Positions 1 through 12,420 of a DNA stretch of 64,000 bases are shown here, one piece after another. The position numbers and the translations under genes are program-made. How positions within the stretch are numbered: the stretch's first letter is position 1; each line of letters opens with the position of its first letter. Source of the stretch: Gordius albopunctatus (lineage: Eukaryota). The stretch covers positions 3,534,001 through 3,598,000 of the forward strand of contig OZ193909.1 in assembly GCA_964276515.1 (NCBI GenBank), written 5' to 3'. The notes below the pieces were generated by a model, which worked only from the letters and a program-made list of their open reading frames with translations, did not search any database and was not told the origin of the DNA.

Positions 1-120
1 CTGGTATAAGTTCGTATTTGAAGCTGCCATGGTGTTTGGAGTTGCTTTTTACAGCCGGCTTCCGACCTGATGCCAACCCTCCACTTTTTCCACACGGACT
101 TGGGACCGTCGTTGGTAGTG
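1..120 (-). mobile_element. 5' end of an RTE-clade LINE running leftwards out of the window
   Basis: Reverse complement (cactaccaacgacggtcccaagtccgtgtggaaaaagtggagggttggcatcaggtcggaagccggct...ccATGgcagc) aligns with the 5' leader and start codon of the RTE beginning at 327. Confidence 0.8.
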
Positions 121-415
121 TTCTAGCAATTAAATTAGTATATTGTATAAATAAAATCAGCATACAAAAATATCATAAATTTTATTATTATATTTAAGCC
201 CTAAACTTTGTACTATTTTAAAGTTAAAATTTGAAATGTTGATTGATTGAGCCTATAGTGTAAGTAAAATAAAAATACAAAATTGCAAAACTTTAATTAT
301 GGTTACGAGATAATTTAAGTGTTTAACACTACCTACGACGGTCCCAAGTCCGTTTGCAAAAAGTGGAGGGTTGGCGTCAGGTCGGAAACCGGCTATAAAA
401 ATCAACTCCAAAACT

Positions 416-2184
416 ATGATAGTTTCAAACAGGATTTTACAAGAAAAGGCTAGGGCGTCCTCCACAAACGACGCGCACTGCTTACCCCGCCCGTGCAATG
501 TGAAAAATACACTAGGGTTACTGCCCAACTCACAAGGAAGGCGGTTAAGGAAACTATTTGTGGAAAGAATGGGAAGTACGTGCTGGAATGTGGGAACGTT
601 GACGGGAAGAGCATCGAGGTCGCACAGATGCTAAAAAGAAGAAAGTTACACATCGCCTGCCTACAAGAGACGAGGTGGAACGGAACGAAAGCTCGGGAAT
701 TAGGAGAAGGATACAAGCTTTTCTACAGTGGGTCATCAAATCGTAGAAACGGGGTCGGTATCGTTCTAAGTGAATCGTTCAAGGACAAGGTGGTGGAAGT
801 AAAGCGTTGTTCCGACAGGCTAATGTGGGTGAATATTGCAGATCAAGGGGGCCTCCTAACCGTTATGTGCGCGTATGCCCCCCAAATTGGATGTTTGGAA
901 TCAGAGAAAGACATATTCTTCGATTCACTGGAAAAGGAAATACAAGGAATAGGACAGGAAGAAAGGCAAATTATTGGAGCAGATTTCAACGCTCACGTTG
1001 GGAAAGATCGCCTCGGGTATGAACGCAATCATGGAGGCTATGCGCATGGTCTGAAGAACAAAGAAGGGGAAAAACTTCTCCAAGTATCCCAAGCATATGA
1101 CATGGCGATCGTTAACACCTATTTTCAAAAGCGCGAAGATCATATTGTGACCTATAGAAGTGGGAAGCATTTTAGTCAAATCGACTATTTGCTTATACGG
1201 CGAAAGGACTTATGGAGTATCAAGGATTGCAAAGTGATACCGGGAGAAGAAATCGCCAGGCAACATCGTCCCCTTGTTATAGATCTTGACAGAAGAGTAT
1301 TTACCGAAAGAAGAAAGTTCTATGAACCTCGAATTCGATACGAAAGGCTAAAGGATACGTCGACGAACAAAGAATACCATCAAAAAGCCTGCTCACTCTT
1401 GGGTGCAAGGAAGTTGCAAAGGGACGTAGACGGCGATTGGAAGACGCTATCTAAGGACATTAAGGAAACAGCGATTTGTGTTCTAGGACAGACCAAAGGA
1501 GGCATAGCTATGAATAGGGAACTATGGTGGTGGTATCAATCGGTTAAAGATTTCATCGAAAGAAAGAAAAATCTATATAGACGGTGGCATAAATCAAAAA
1601 AGTCGGAGGATTATCAAGAGTACAGGTACGCAAAGAGGGTCGCAAAAAAGGCCGTTGCAAAAGCGAAGAATGCCGCGTACACCGAGATGGCAAACAAACT
1701 GGATCATAAAGGGGGCGATAGGCTTATGTACAAATTGGCCAAGATAAGGGAGAAGAAAAGTCGCTATGTCGGAGTTCTTAAAATAGTCAAAAGCGAGAAG
1801 GGTCAAACCTTATTCAAGCCGAAAGAAGTGATGGAAAGGTGGAAAGGATATTTTAAGAAACTTATGAATATTGCAAACGACAAGGATTCCCTTCCCGAAA
1901 TTGAGCCAAATATAAATATGGTCGAACTCTTTCAGGAGGATGAAGTAAGAACACAAATGAGCAAGATGCAAAAAGGAAAAGCAAATGGTCCAGATGGAAT
2001 ACCTGTGGAAGCATTGCTCGGATGTCGTGAAGAGGGAGTCACCACCATGACGAACCTCCTTAACAAGATATTGGTAGAAGAGAAGAGCGAATCCCTAATC
2101 AATGGAGAGGAAGAACGATTATACCATTATTTAAAGGCAAAGGCGACCCTCAGGACTGCGGCAATTACAGAGGTATCAAGCTAA
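416..2184 (+). pseudogene. RTE ORF, APE endonuclease and linker (frameshifted)
   Basis: APE motifs WNVGTLTG (frame of ATG 416, shifting near 607), LQETR, YAPQ, GADFNAH, QIDYLL, QHRPL. A second frameshift near 2090 restores IPNQW...NYRGIKL. Confidence 0.9.
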
Positions 2185-2195
2185 CTTGCCACTTC

Positions 2196-3400
2196 TTGAA
2201 GCTTTTGGAAAGGATCTTAGTAACAAGGCTGAAAAGAGAGGTGGAAATATCGGCTAATCAATTCGGATTCGTGGCCGGCAAATCCACAATCGACTCAATC
2301 TTCACCCTGAGACAAATGATGGATAAGTATGGTGAAAAGAGGAAAGACCTACATATGGTTTTTATCGACTTGGAGAAAGCTTATGACACGGTCCCCCGCG
2401 ACTTAATATGGTGGTGCCCGAGGAAACAAAATATCACTGACGCCTATGTACGGCTTATGAAAAATATTTATGAAGCTTCAAACTCTTGCGTTAGGAAGAC
2501 AGTTGGAGACTCTAAAACTTTTCGGGTTAATATTGGATTACATCAAGGCTCTGCTTTAAGTCCCTTTTTATTTAATATAATTATAGACACGATAACGAGG
2601 GACGTTCAAAGGCCTTCGCCATGGTGTATGCTATATGCCGATGATATAGTACTATGCGAGGAAACAAGAGAGAAAGTATTCGAAGAAGCCGAAAAATGGT
2701 CAAAGCGCTTAGCTGGATATGGTTTAAAGGTCAACGATAGAAAAACGGTATACATGGAAATGAACGGTACAGGCACCCCATCGCTGGATGACCATCTAAA
2801 GTACCCAAAAGTAGACAGGTTCACATACCTCGACTCGATGCTACATCAAGAGGGAGGTTGCACAACAGAAGTCAATGCCCGGATCCAAAAAGGATGGCTT
2901 AAATGGCGATGTATATCCGGTGTAATGTGCGACAAGAAAATTCCAACATGGTTGAAGAGCAAAGCTTACAAATCCATCGCTAGACCGGTGTTACTCTATG
3001 GAAGTGAAACATGGGCCTTAAACACCACGGAAGGAAAGCTATTACAAGTTACAGAGATGAGAATGATACGGTGGAGCTTGGGGTATACTATGGTCGACCA
3101 TATGACGAATTACTTTCTCATGACAAAGATGGGTATTCAATCTATAGCGGACATGATTAACGAAAATCGGCTAAGGTGGTATGGTCATATACTAAGGAGG
3201 GATACGGATGACGTAAATCAAAAAGGAATGGACATGGAGGTACCGGGGAAGAGAGGAAGAAGACGACCCCGTGTCACGTGGAAAGAGCAAGTCGATAAAG
3301 TTATGGAAACTAAAGAGATTAGTTAAGACATGGCACTCACCCGGTCAAGATGGAAGAAACTTATCAAAACAAACACCACGAATGTAGGACCAAAATAACT
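2196..3400 (+). pseudogene. RTE reverse transcriptase and C-terminal region
   Basis: NQFGF, FIDLEKAYD, GLHQGSALSP, LYADD, LLYGSETW, LRWYGH. TAA at 3324-3326 is premature: the copy at 11687-12214 reads through as KEISQDMAL. Confidence 0.92.
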
Positions 3401-3952
3401 GATAAAGAAGAAGAAGAAGGTTGAACGTTGTTTCTTAAAATTTAATTTAAATAAAAATAATTTTACCGGTACGTACGCCCCGCAGCTTTAAACAAATTAG
3501 GTAGCTTTCTGTCTCTATGGACTCATTCTATGCAAAGATAGCAAAACATTTGATGACCGAGCACTAGATCTTCGGCAAAACGGACTCTATTTGGCTTAAT
3601 ACTTTACTTGTTCCACTGTTTTCGCCCGTATTACCAAAACAATCCTCGCTTTTGCCGAGAACCTGGAAATGTCAAAACCATTGGCAAAATATTTTAAATT
3701 ACGGAAGCTTATTCCTTTGCTCTTTCCTTCCCTATCTTTTTTAATGAGACTGAAAATTGCTAGAAATTTACATGCTGAATTTTTTTTCCAATTAATTAGA
3801 ACATTTTTTTTACTTTTATAACAAAAATCCTGTATGATGTACATAATAATTATCGAATTCAATTATATTTTATTTATATTAAACATTTTCCCTTAATTTA
3901 TTATAGCGTAACTGGGGGCCCTCCGTTGAGTGGGGGGGGGGGTCAGCCCGCA

Positions 3953-4207
3953 AAGTACAAATATTAATAATAACAATTTATTAGTTGAGTAAAACGAGCT
4001 GAAGTACAAATATATATAATAACAATTAATTAGTTGAGTAAAACGAGTTAAAGTACAAATATTAATAATAACAATTTATTAGTTGAGTAAAACGAGCTGA
4101 AGTACAAATATTAATAATAACAATTAATTAGTTGAGTGAAACGAGCTGAAGTACAAATATTAATAATAACAATTAATTAGTTGAATAAAACGAGCTGAAG
4201 TACAAAT
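3953..4207. repeat. Minisatellite, ~49-bp unit, about 5 copies
   Basis: aagtacaaatattaataataacaatt(t/a)attagttgagtaaaacgagctg repeated in tandem. Confidence 0.92.
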
Positions 4208-4239
4208 TTTATTTGAAAATTATACAAATTAAAGTCATA

Positions 4240-7200
4240 ATGCAAAATTTTATGCAAATTTATTCATTATTTATATTGGCGAGTAAGCTTTAATATATAT
4301 TTGACTTATATTAAATATAATTATATCGATTTAAATCATTGGAAATTATTAAAAAATCACCTATTAAATTTTTTGATATTTTGTTAACATTCCAAATTTT
4401 GCTTAAAATTTATTTCTATATGATGAAGTCAACTTTGCGCTAACGAACGAACAATTTAATGACAATTTCAATGGGTGTCCTGTTGGAAATTATGGTATTA
4501 ATTGCTCCCAAAGTAAAATATTTTATAATATGATCATAATATAAAACACCTTTAGTATTTCAATGAAAAAGTTAAAATAAGTCATAATATTTTGATTTAA
4601 ACCTAACTCAATATAAAAAAATCAAATCGTTTTTATTACCTTCCAAATTGGATATTTAAACTTTAAGAGAGAATATATTCACGTTTTGCAGAACAGATTG
4701 AAACCATCAATTCTTTTTAAACAAATTATAAAGGATTCATCTCATTGATTTTATTATAGGATATTAATTCCTAATAAATTTTTTTGGATTAAAATGTAAA
4801 AGTACTAAAAGGCTTTCATTAGTTAGTAATATTTAAACGTTTCGAAAATTAGCCCACATGCTGATTGTAAGCCTAAAACTACACATCTAATTCCACTAAA
4901 TAATGCCTCATAATCTTAATACTATATAAATTAACTAACACTTAACGTTAATAATAACTTTGATAAAATAGACAGTTAAAAAATGTTAAATACTTTCAAT
5001 AAAACACATTTATACAAAGACATATGCTTATTAACAGATTGTTCGTGTAACTTGAAAGGCTCATTTGGTGAATGTGATTTTTATGGTTGGTGCATATGCC
5101 ATGATAACTATTTCGGATACAATTGCCAAAACGGTTATAATAATTATGACACAAAATATATTAATTTCCAATTTATCAGTTATGTTATTTATGAATTGGC
5201 TATCAAAAAATTGATTTAGAATTTAGAAAATTTTCTTCTTCTTTATTAAGTATTTTATCTCACTGTCGTCGGTTTTTTTTGATGGTTTTATTTATCTTGA
5301 TCGGGTAAGGGCCATGTCTTGGTTAATATTCTTATTATTCATAACTTTGTCCACTTGTCCTTGCAATGAGACACGAGGGTCCTCTTCCTCTCTTTTCCGG
5401 TACCCCTATGTACAGTACTTTTTGAATACATCATTCGTCTTCCTTCTTAGTATGTGCCCATCTTTTTTCGATAAGTCCGTCATAGGTTGAATATCCATTT
5501 TCGTCCTGATAAACATATGGTGGAGCTTAGTATACCCAAGGCTCCACCATATCACTCTCATCTCCGTGGCCTGCACCAACTTTTCTTCTGTGACGTATAG
5601 TGCCTCTGTAAAGTAACCCCAATCTTACGATAGATTTGTAAGCGTTGTTATTCAACCATAGTGGCATTTTCTTGTCGCAAATTACACATTTAAGCCATCC
5701 TTTTTGAATCCGGGCATTTACGTCTGTTGCGTAACCTCCCTCTTAATTTTCTTCATGGATAAGTTATCGGGAATTGTTGAGGGAGTTAAAAAAATATTAT
5801 AATTAATATGATATTTCGTTTTCATAGAAAACATCATCAGATGAGTAAAATAAATTTAGGTAAAATAGAATATAAATAAAATAGAATATATGCATCGAGT
5901 CGAGGTATGCAAACCTATCTACTTTTGGTTACTTCATATAATCATCTAATGATGTGGTGCCTGTAACCTTTATCTCCATATACACCATTTTTATATTGTT
6001 GACCTTTAAACCATATTCAGCTAAGCGCTTTGACCATTTTTTGGCTTCTTAGAATACTTTCTCCTTTGTCCCTTCGCATAGTAATATATCATCGGCATAT
6101 AACATACAGCAGATGGCTTATGAATGTCTCGTTATCAATATCATACACAATTATATTGAATAAAAACTATTTAAAGAAGATCCTTGATGTAATCCAATTT
6201 TAACCTAAAATGGTTTAAACCGCTCCTTTGATTTTCATTTTTTTAGAAGGTACATGAAACAAAATCATATTTTTTTATCAAAACGTTTATTTATATTATA
6301 TGATCTAGAGACCTGCATCGGGCCTGTTTAGGTCAGTCGGCCCGCCCGTAATAAAAGTTTAAAAGCCCGGCCCGGGCCCCTCAAAATATTAAATTATAAG
6401 CCCGGGCCCGGCCGGCTAATTTTATACAAGGCCCGAGCCCGGCCTGAGTTCTTAAAATTTTTTATTTTTATATTTTTAATTTTTTTATCGATATGGCAAA
6501 CAATATGTTTGTGTTAAAAATGTTAATAAAAATAGCTTAAAAAGAAAAAATTGGTAATTCCCGGTCACTCGATTCCTTCTATCTTTTAAGAAACGACCTA
6601 CATGGAAATTTTTTTTACGAGTGGCACTTCAGGATACATAAAACCAAATATAAGCCAAATAAACGTGTAAAACCCTTATTTTAGGTTATAATGTTTCAAT
6701 AAAACTACTTAGCTTCTTTGCTTTGCCACCATTTTAAATAATTGGGTTATTGATATAAAATGAGAAAACAGTGATAAAAGTAACTTGAGGAAATTAGTTT
6801 TAGAATTTGTTTTTAAATTTATTAATGATAAGGCATTTGGCCGGGGTCAGATAAAGTATAGGTTAGCAACGGTCAGAATTGATTTGCAGGGAATTATTTA
6901 GCCAGTTTCGCATTCAACCGTTATAAATTAACAACCTAGACAAATTGCCAAAATAATTTTATTAATAAGGGTAATCCGTCAGGCACAAAAACAATAGTGG
7001 AATTTGAGCTTAGGCGAGGTCAAAAAAAGTAAAGTCAATCAACGGTCAGCTAAATAAAAGTCTTTAACAGAAGCATAAGTCCACGTCATTAAAAACCAGG
7101 ACGGATAACTAAAAGAGAGCCCATAAATTGTATAGCAATTAATATAAATAATTTTAAATAATATTAAAATAATTCACTCAATATTGCTAGAGGGTATAAA

Positions 7201-10200
7201 TGGGGAGGCAAATATGGACAGCTGCACTCCTCCAAATCCAAAATTCCTGATGAAAAGAACATTTTTTGCCCTTTTTAAAAGGCCCCCCTCCAATTAAAAT
7301 TAGCTCCGCTCATGGGATCACGTGTATAAATTATCTTTAACATTTATAATGCGTGTTGAGCTATTGATAAATTAATGAACTAGGATGAAAACAAAGTTTA
7401 ACTTTCCTTTTTAATTTAATATGCATAAAATAATTACAAATTAGAACATTATAAAAATACCTTCTTTTATACTAAATCTAATTAATTTTTTAGGGGCTTT
7501 TAACGAGCCTTATGTATAACTAGACCCGGCCCGAGCCCGTTACGTTATATATCGGCCAGTCCAGGCCCTGCCCGTTGTTTTATTTTTAAGCAGAAGCCCG
7601 GCCGGCGGGCCGGGCTTTATAATCTATCAAAATATTTATAATCTTCGGATGTTTAATGTTTCAAATGATTAGATGAAATATGAACATAAAACTCGGCTCA
7701 ACATTTAATAATGAATAAATTTAAATTAAATAAAATAATATTTTATTAAATTTTAATTAACAAATATTATTAATATTTAAAAAATAATATAATATATATA
7801 TTAAATAAAAGGAGCTACTCCCGCGCCGGCTCCTCATTTTTAAAAAGGAGGTGTTTTAGAAAAAATGTACCGTTCCTTAACAAAACTGATAATAATAATA
7901 ATAAAATTCTGAGCTAGACTCATATGCAACAAATTTCAATGTTTAGTGAGTGAATGTCCATCTAAAAAGGTGAATCCAATCGGACTGTGCATTTGTCAGG
8001 ATTACGTCATTGGGAAACGCTGCAACCGAAGTAAGTAACTTCTAAACCTATTTACTATGGCATAAACCAAGGATTTGACAAAATAAAAATGAAATGTATT
8101 TTTGGGGCAATTACAGAGTGCGTTCGGCATCAAACACTACGGACTCGTAATGGATACTGCGTTTGCAAAGATGGATTTTATGGTGATTTGTGTGAATCGG
8201 GTATAGAAATTGGCGCAAGTCGTTCCTATTGAGTTATTTGAGTTTTAAATAGAAACTATTGAAATATAGGTGATATCGAAATCTTACTTCTACGGTGTTT
8301 TAAGAAGAATATTGCAAATAATAATTAAATGACATTATTTATAAGTGAGTCAAAAATTTAGATATAACTTATGTAAGAAATTCAAGTCACTGTTAATATT
8401 TCAAAACTTATATTGAACGTAGCAATTTATATTTGGGTATGGAAGATAGATATATTTATGATTCTAATCAAGATATTAATAAATTTAACATTATCGCGCT
8501 TCCAATCCATTTAAAACAAAGCAACATAGAGTTAAAAGAGGCTTAAAGAAAGTAGATCATAAAATTAGTATACCTGTTCTTTAATAAAGGCAGTAATCAT
8601 AATTATTTAAAATATGAAACTTTATTCCAATTTTATATTTAAAAATCTTTTTTTAGCTATAACTAAATCATAGAAAAATATCTATATATAAATTCTAAAA
8701 TTCCCGACTTTATCAAATCCTTAAATTTAATGATTAATTCCGTTTTTTGTTATTACATTTTACCAGGGACGAATAAAATATAACAATATTGTTAATATTA
8801 CCCGTCACAGCATCTTATATAGCTTGCTAATAATCATTCTAAGATTAATCTAAACTAAAAATTAGATTATATTTGAAAATTGGAACCCATCATGTTGAGA
8901 TGTATGTGATTATCGATTATTATTTCGAATGATTTTCACATGTTTATAATATTTTTTATTTTAACTCCGACATTTTAGAAGCTTACAGTTTGGAAATTTA
9001 ACAAAATTTCCTTCAATAGATATTAATGACTTTTTCATCAATTTTTTTATGAAAAATTTTTAGTTTCTAGATTTAAAGTTTAAGATAAGAATAAATGACT
9101 TAAAAGGTCTGGGTCCCCTTATTAAATTATATCAAAAATTGAAAAATTCAATAATCATATCTTAAGTTCATCTTTAATTTAATTGTTAGTTTGTAGTTGT
9201 ACGCATTTGAAAAATGGAAACAAATGCTCTCGGATAGGCGAATGCAAATGCCCAATCGGCAAATGTGGAAGCAAGTGCAGTTCAAGTATATATATATATA
9301 TATAATTTTTATATATAAGATTTAGTCTTTGTTTTAATAAGTTTCATCCATCTTGACGTTATGAAATTATGTTTAATCATTATCCTATATATATATCGCG
9401 TGTGTTATTTAACTATTTTATTATTATGGACATGTCTAGGGGTGCCTATCCCCCCTCTTTTAATTGCTATGCATTTCATGGTTAATACATATTATTATAT
9501 ATTAAGCCAAATGAGGATTAAAATTTAAAAATATCATCAGTATGCATCTCAGTTAATCATGAGCATCTTCTTTGCATCCCCATTTGAGTAAAATCTGACT
9601 TAGCCCATCATAAATTCCACCTTAACTACTCTCTATTACCAACTTATTTTTTTATAATAAATTTTTGAATACCAAATTTTCAATGATTAAAGCAATAAAT
9701 GATCAAAACATCCTACCTTAAAAATTCATTTTCAGTGATAAGTTAATTTAAAAAATGAATTTTTTAACACTCTCTGTGTTGTAATTTCAGGAGTTCTCTA
9801 GGTACACCTCTCAATCATTGATTTAAATTTTACAGCATATTTATTTAGGGGGAAGAATTTTATTGTGATTTCAGTAGTAAAATATATAATTCAATTTACT
9901 CCTCATTTTTAAATTCTACCATTTTTACATCTTAAACCCATAGTCACATATTTTAAATGACTACTTCATAAATTTATTCTTATATAATTTCAGTAAATAG
10001 AGAGCCATATTTTTATTTAAGATAAACATTTTTTTACCGAATTGCACATCTTCTGTAATTTTAAATGCAAAGAGTAATAATTTTCAACCGTTAATAGATT
10101 GTAAATGCCATGAACGCAATTCTAAATCTGCCGAATGCGATAGTAGGGGCTGTGATTGCAAAACAGGGTTTTATGGCAACGATTGCAGTAAAGGTATTGG

Positions 10201-11435
10201 TGAATGTCATTTATATAAAAAATAAATAAATAAAGCTCGCTTGTTTTGCTATAAAATTAGATAATACAGATTGGCAAAACATTTGACTAGTGATGATTAT
10301 GTTTTAATACGTATTAATGATGAACACATGAAGTCTGGTTTAACATGTTTTATAAATTAGGGCTTTGTAAAGATTGTCAAATCCTTTATTTTTATTATTA
10401 AACCAAAACACATAAAAATCAAATAACAGCGAAATTAAATATAAGCGAGGGTGTTGGTAAGGATGATAAAAAATTTAGCAGGTTTGATGATTAGATAACT
10501 AGCTAGGTGCAGTTGAAAGCTATGTCAACAATGTGATGTTGGTAGAATAAGATGTGATCGCAAAAGTAATGAATAAATGGAATATCCAGAGGAGCAGAGT
10601 AACGTTGGAGTGAGTCCTGTAATCCCTTTATATATGTTTGATAAATCTGGAAAGATCTGTATATTTCTCGTAAAAAAAACAATTTGGTACATGCCAATAA
10701 AAATACCAGTTTAACTGTAGTTGGATACATCGAAATCGCCACAGCTTAATTAAAGTGACAATAACATGCGTTTTCAACCATTTCGGATTGACCTATAAGT
10801 TTAAAAGTCTTTAAATTATTTCTAGGGGAACCTTATAAATCTATTAACATATGGAAATATATTTTTAGATTATTCCAAAAAATGAGCTTTTTACGTAATG
10901 TTGTTGGGATGTTTCGGCTAGATTCAACGTCTTCCATTCTAAGGCTGTATTAATTACAAATGCTCTTAGAATGGTAAATTTTGTTATTGATACTTCAGAT
11001 AAAAAAGTTTTTCATTTAAGAAAAAAACGAAATTAGTAACATTCTTTTATACAATAACAATACTAATATACAGCGATGTTTCTGGCACTGATACCAATGT
11101 GTCTCTGAAAGTGTTAAAACACCTTGATACATTATTAAAAATATGATCTCGATATTCTTCCCACAAGCTACTGGCATGCTTCAAAGATTACCTTAATTTA
11201 AAAGAACATTTTATATGATTCTTATGAATTTAGTGCTCAACTAAATATTTTTGATATACCGAATATTATATATATTATTTTACGTATTTATACTAATTTT
11301 GTTATAAATCTAGAATGCCCGAAAGATTGCATTAACGCCTACGGATCTAATGACTGCAACGATGAAGGCAAATGCATATGCCTAAAGGGCTATACTGGGG
11401 ATCGATGTCAAAATGTAATGCATGGAATATCTTGA
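4240..11435 (+). CDS. Predicted secreted Cys-rich EGF/laminin-EGF-like repeat protein, 8 exons, ~234 aa
   Basis: Exons 4240-4282, 4429-4512, 5038-5133, 7947-8030, 8117-8200, 9190-9285, 10098-10193, 11314-11435. All are GT-AG and phase 1, and they join into 705 nt with no internal stop. The N-terminus MQNFMQIYSLFILAINFALT resembles a signal peptide; modules end in CxC..G(F/Y)xGxxC-type motifs. Confidence 0.82.
5232..6220 (-). mobile_element. Decayed 5'-truncated RTE copy, in two pieces, inside intron 3 of the EGF gene
   Basis: (TTC)n tail at ~5233. Segments ~5260-5745 and ~5890-6210 match the reverse complement of the RT and 3' region of the RTE at 327-3419. Confidence 0.8.
6306..7620. mobile_element. 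Probable non-autonomous hAT-type element with GGCCCG subterminal repeats
   Basis: Starts tagagacctgcatcgggcc; clusters of (c)ccggccc at both ends around an AT-rich core; right TIR not clean. Confidence 0.5.
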
Positions 11436-11678
11436 GCTAATATACCTGTTCTCATAAATCAGCATAAAAAATGGCTACTCATTTGAGATGGAAAACTAAG
11501 AAAAATCTCAAATTTATCTCTTTAGCGTAGTGCAGTAAAAACGGCTTGGTTTTGTTTGGTCGACCTTCGGTTTTAGTCGAACAAAGATAAACAAACCAAA
11601 GGTGTTTTGGTCTGTTCTCCTTAGTCGACCTCTAGACTTAGTCGAAATTTTAGAAAAAGACCAGAGTCAACCATTCTT

Positions 11679-12420
11679 CTTCTTTATCAGTTATTTGGTC
11701 CCACATTGGTGGGGTTTGTTTTGATAAGTTTCTTCCATCTTGATTGGGTGAGTGCCATGTCTTGACTAATCTCTTTAGTTTCCATAACTTTATCGACTTG
11801 CCTTTTCCACGTGACACGGGGTCGTCCTCTTCCTCTCTTCCCCGCTACCTCCATGTCCAGTACTTTTTGATTTACGTCATCCGTATCCTTCCTTAGTATA
11901 TGACCATACCACCTTAGCCGATTTTCGTTAATCATGTCCGCCATAGATTGAATACCCATTTTTGTCATGAAAAAGTCATTCGTCATATGGTCGAGCTTAG
12001 TATACCCCAAGCTCCACCGTATCATTCTCATCTCTGTGGCTTGTAATAGCTTTAATTCCGTGGTGTTTAATGCCCATGTTTCACTTCCATAGAGTAAAAT
12101 CGGTCTTACGATGGATTTGTAAGCTTTGCTCTTCAACCATATTGTCATTTTCTTGTTTACACATAACACCGGATATACTTCGCCATTTAAGCCATCCTTT
12201 TTAGATCCGGGCATTGACTTTTGTTGTGCAACCTCCCTCTTGATGTAGAATCGAGCCGAGGTATGTGAACCTGTCTATTTTTGGGTACTTTAGATGGTCA
12301 TCCAGCGATGGGGTGCCTGTACCGTTCATTTCCATGTATACCGTTTTTCTATCGTTGACCTTTAAACCATATCCAGCTAAGCGCTTTGACCATTTTTCGT
12401 CTTCTTCGAATACTTTCTCT
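11679..12420 (-). mobile_element. 5'-truncated RTE copy with target-site duplication
   Basis: High similarity to ~2670-3415. CCATTCTT occurs at 11671-11678 and 12421-12428. ORF 11687-12214 carries LLYGSETW and LRWYGH. Confidence 0.9.

Larger units (their letters stand above)
327..3419 (+). mobile_element. Full-length but disabled RTE-clade non-LTR retrotransposon
   Basis: 5' leader, APE endonuclease plus RT coding region, short 3' UTR and a (GAA)n tail ending at ~3419. Confidence 0.93.

Noticed and set aside
10503..10742. 79-aa antisense ORF in intron 7 of the EGF gene
   Set aside because: GTG start, no motif, length expected by chance
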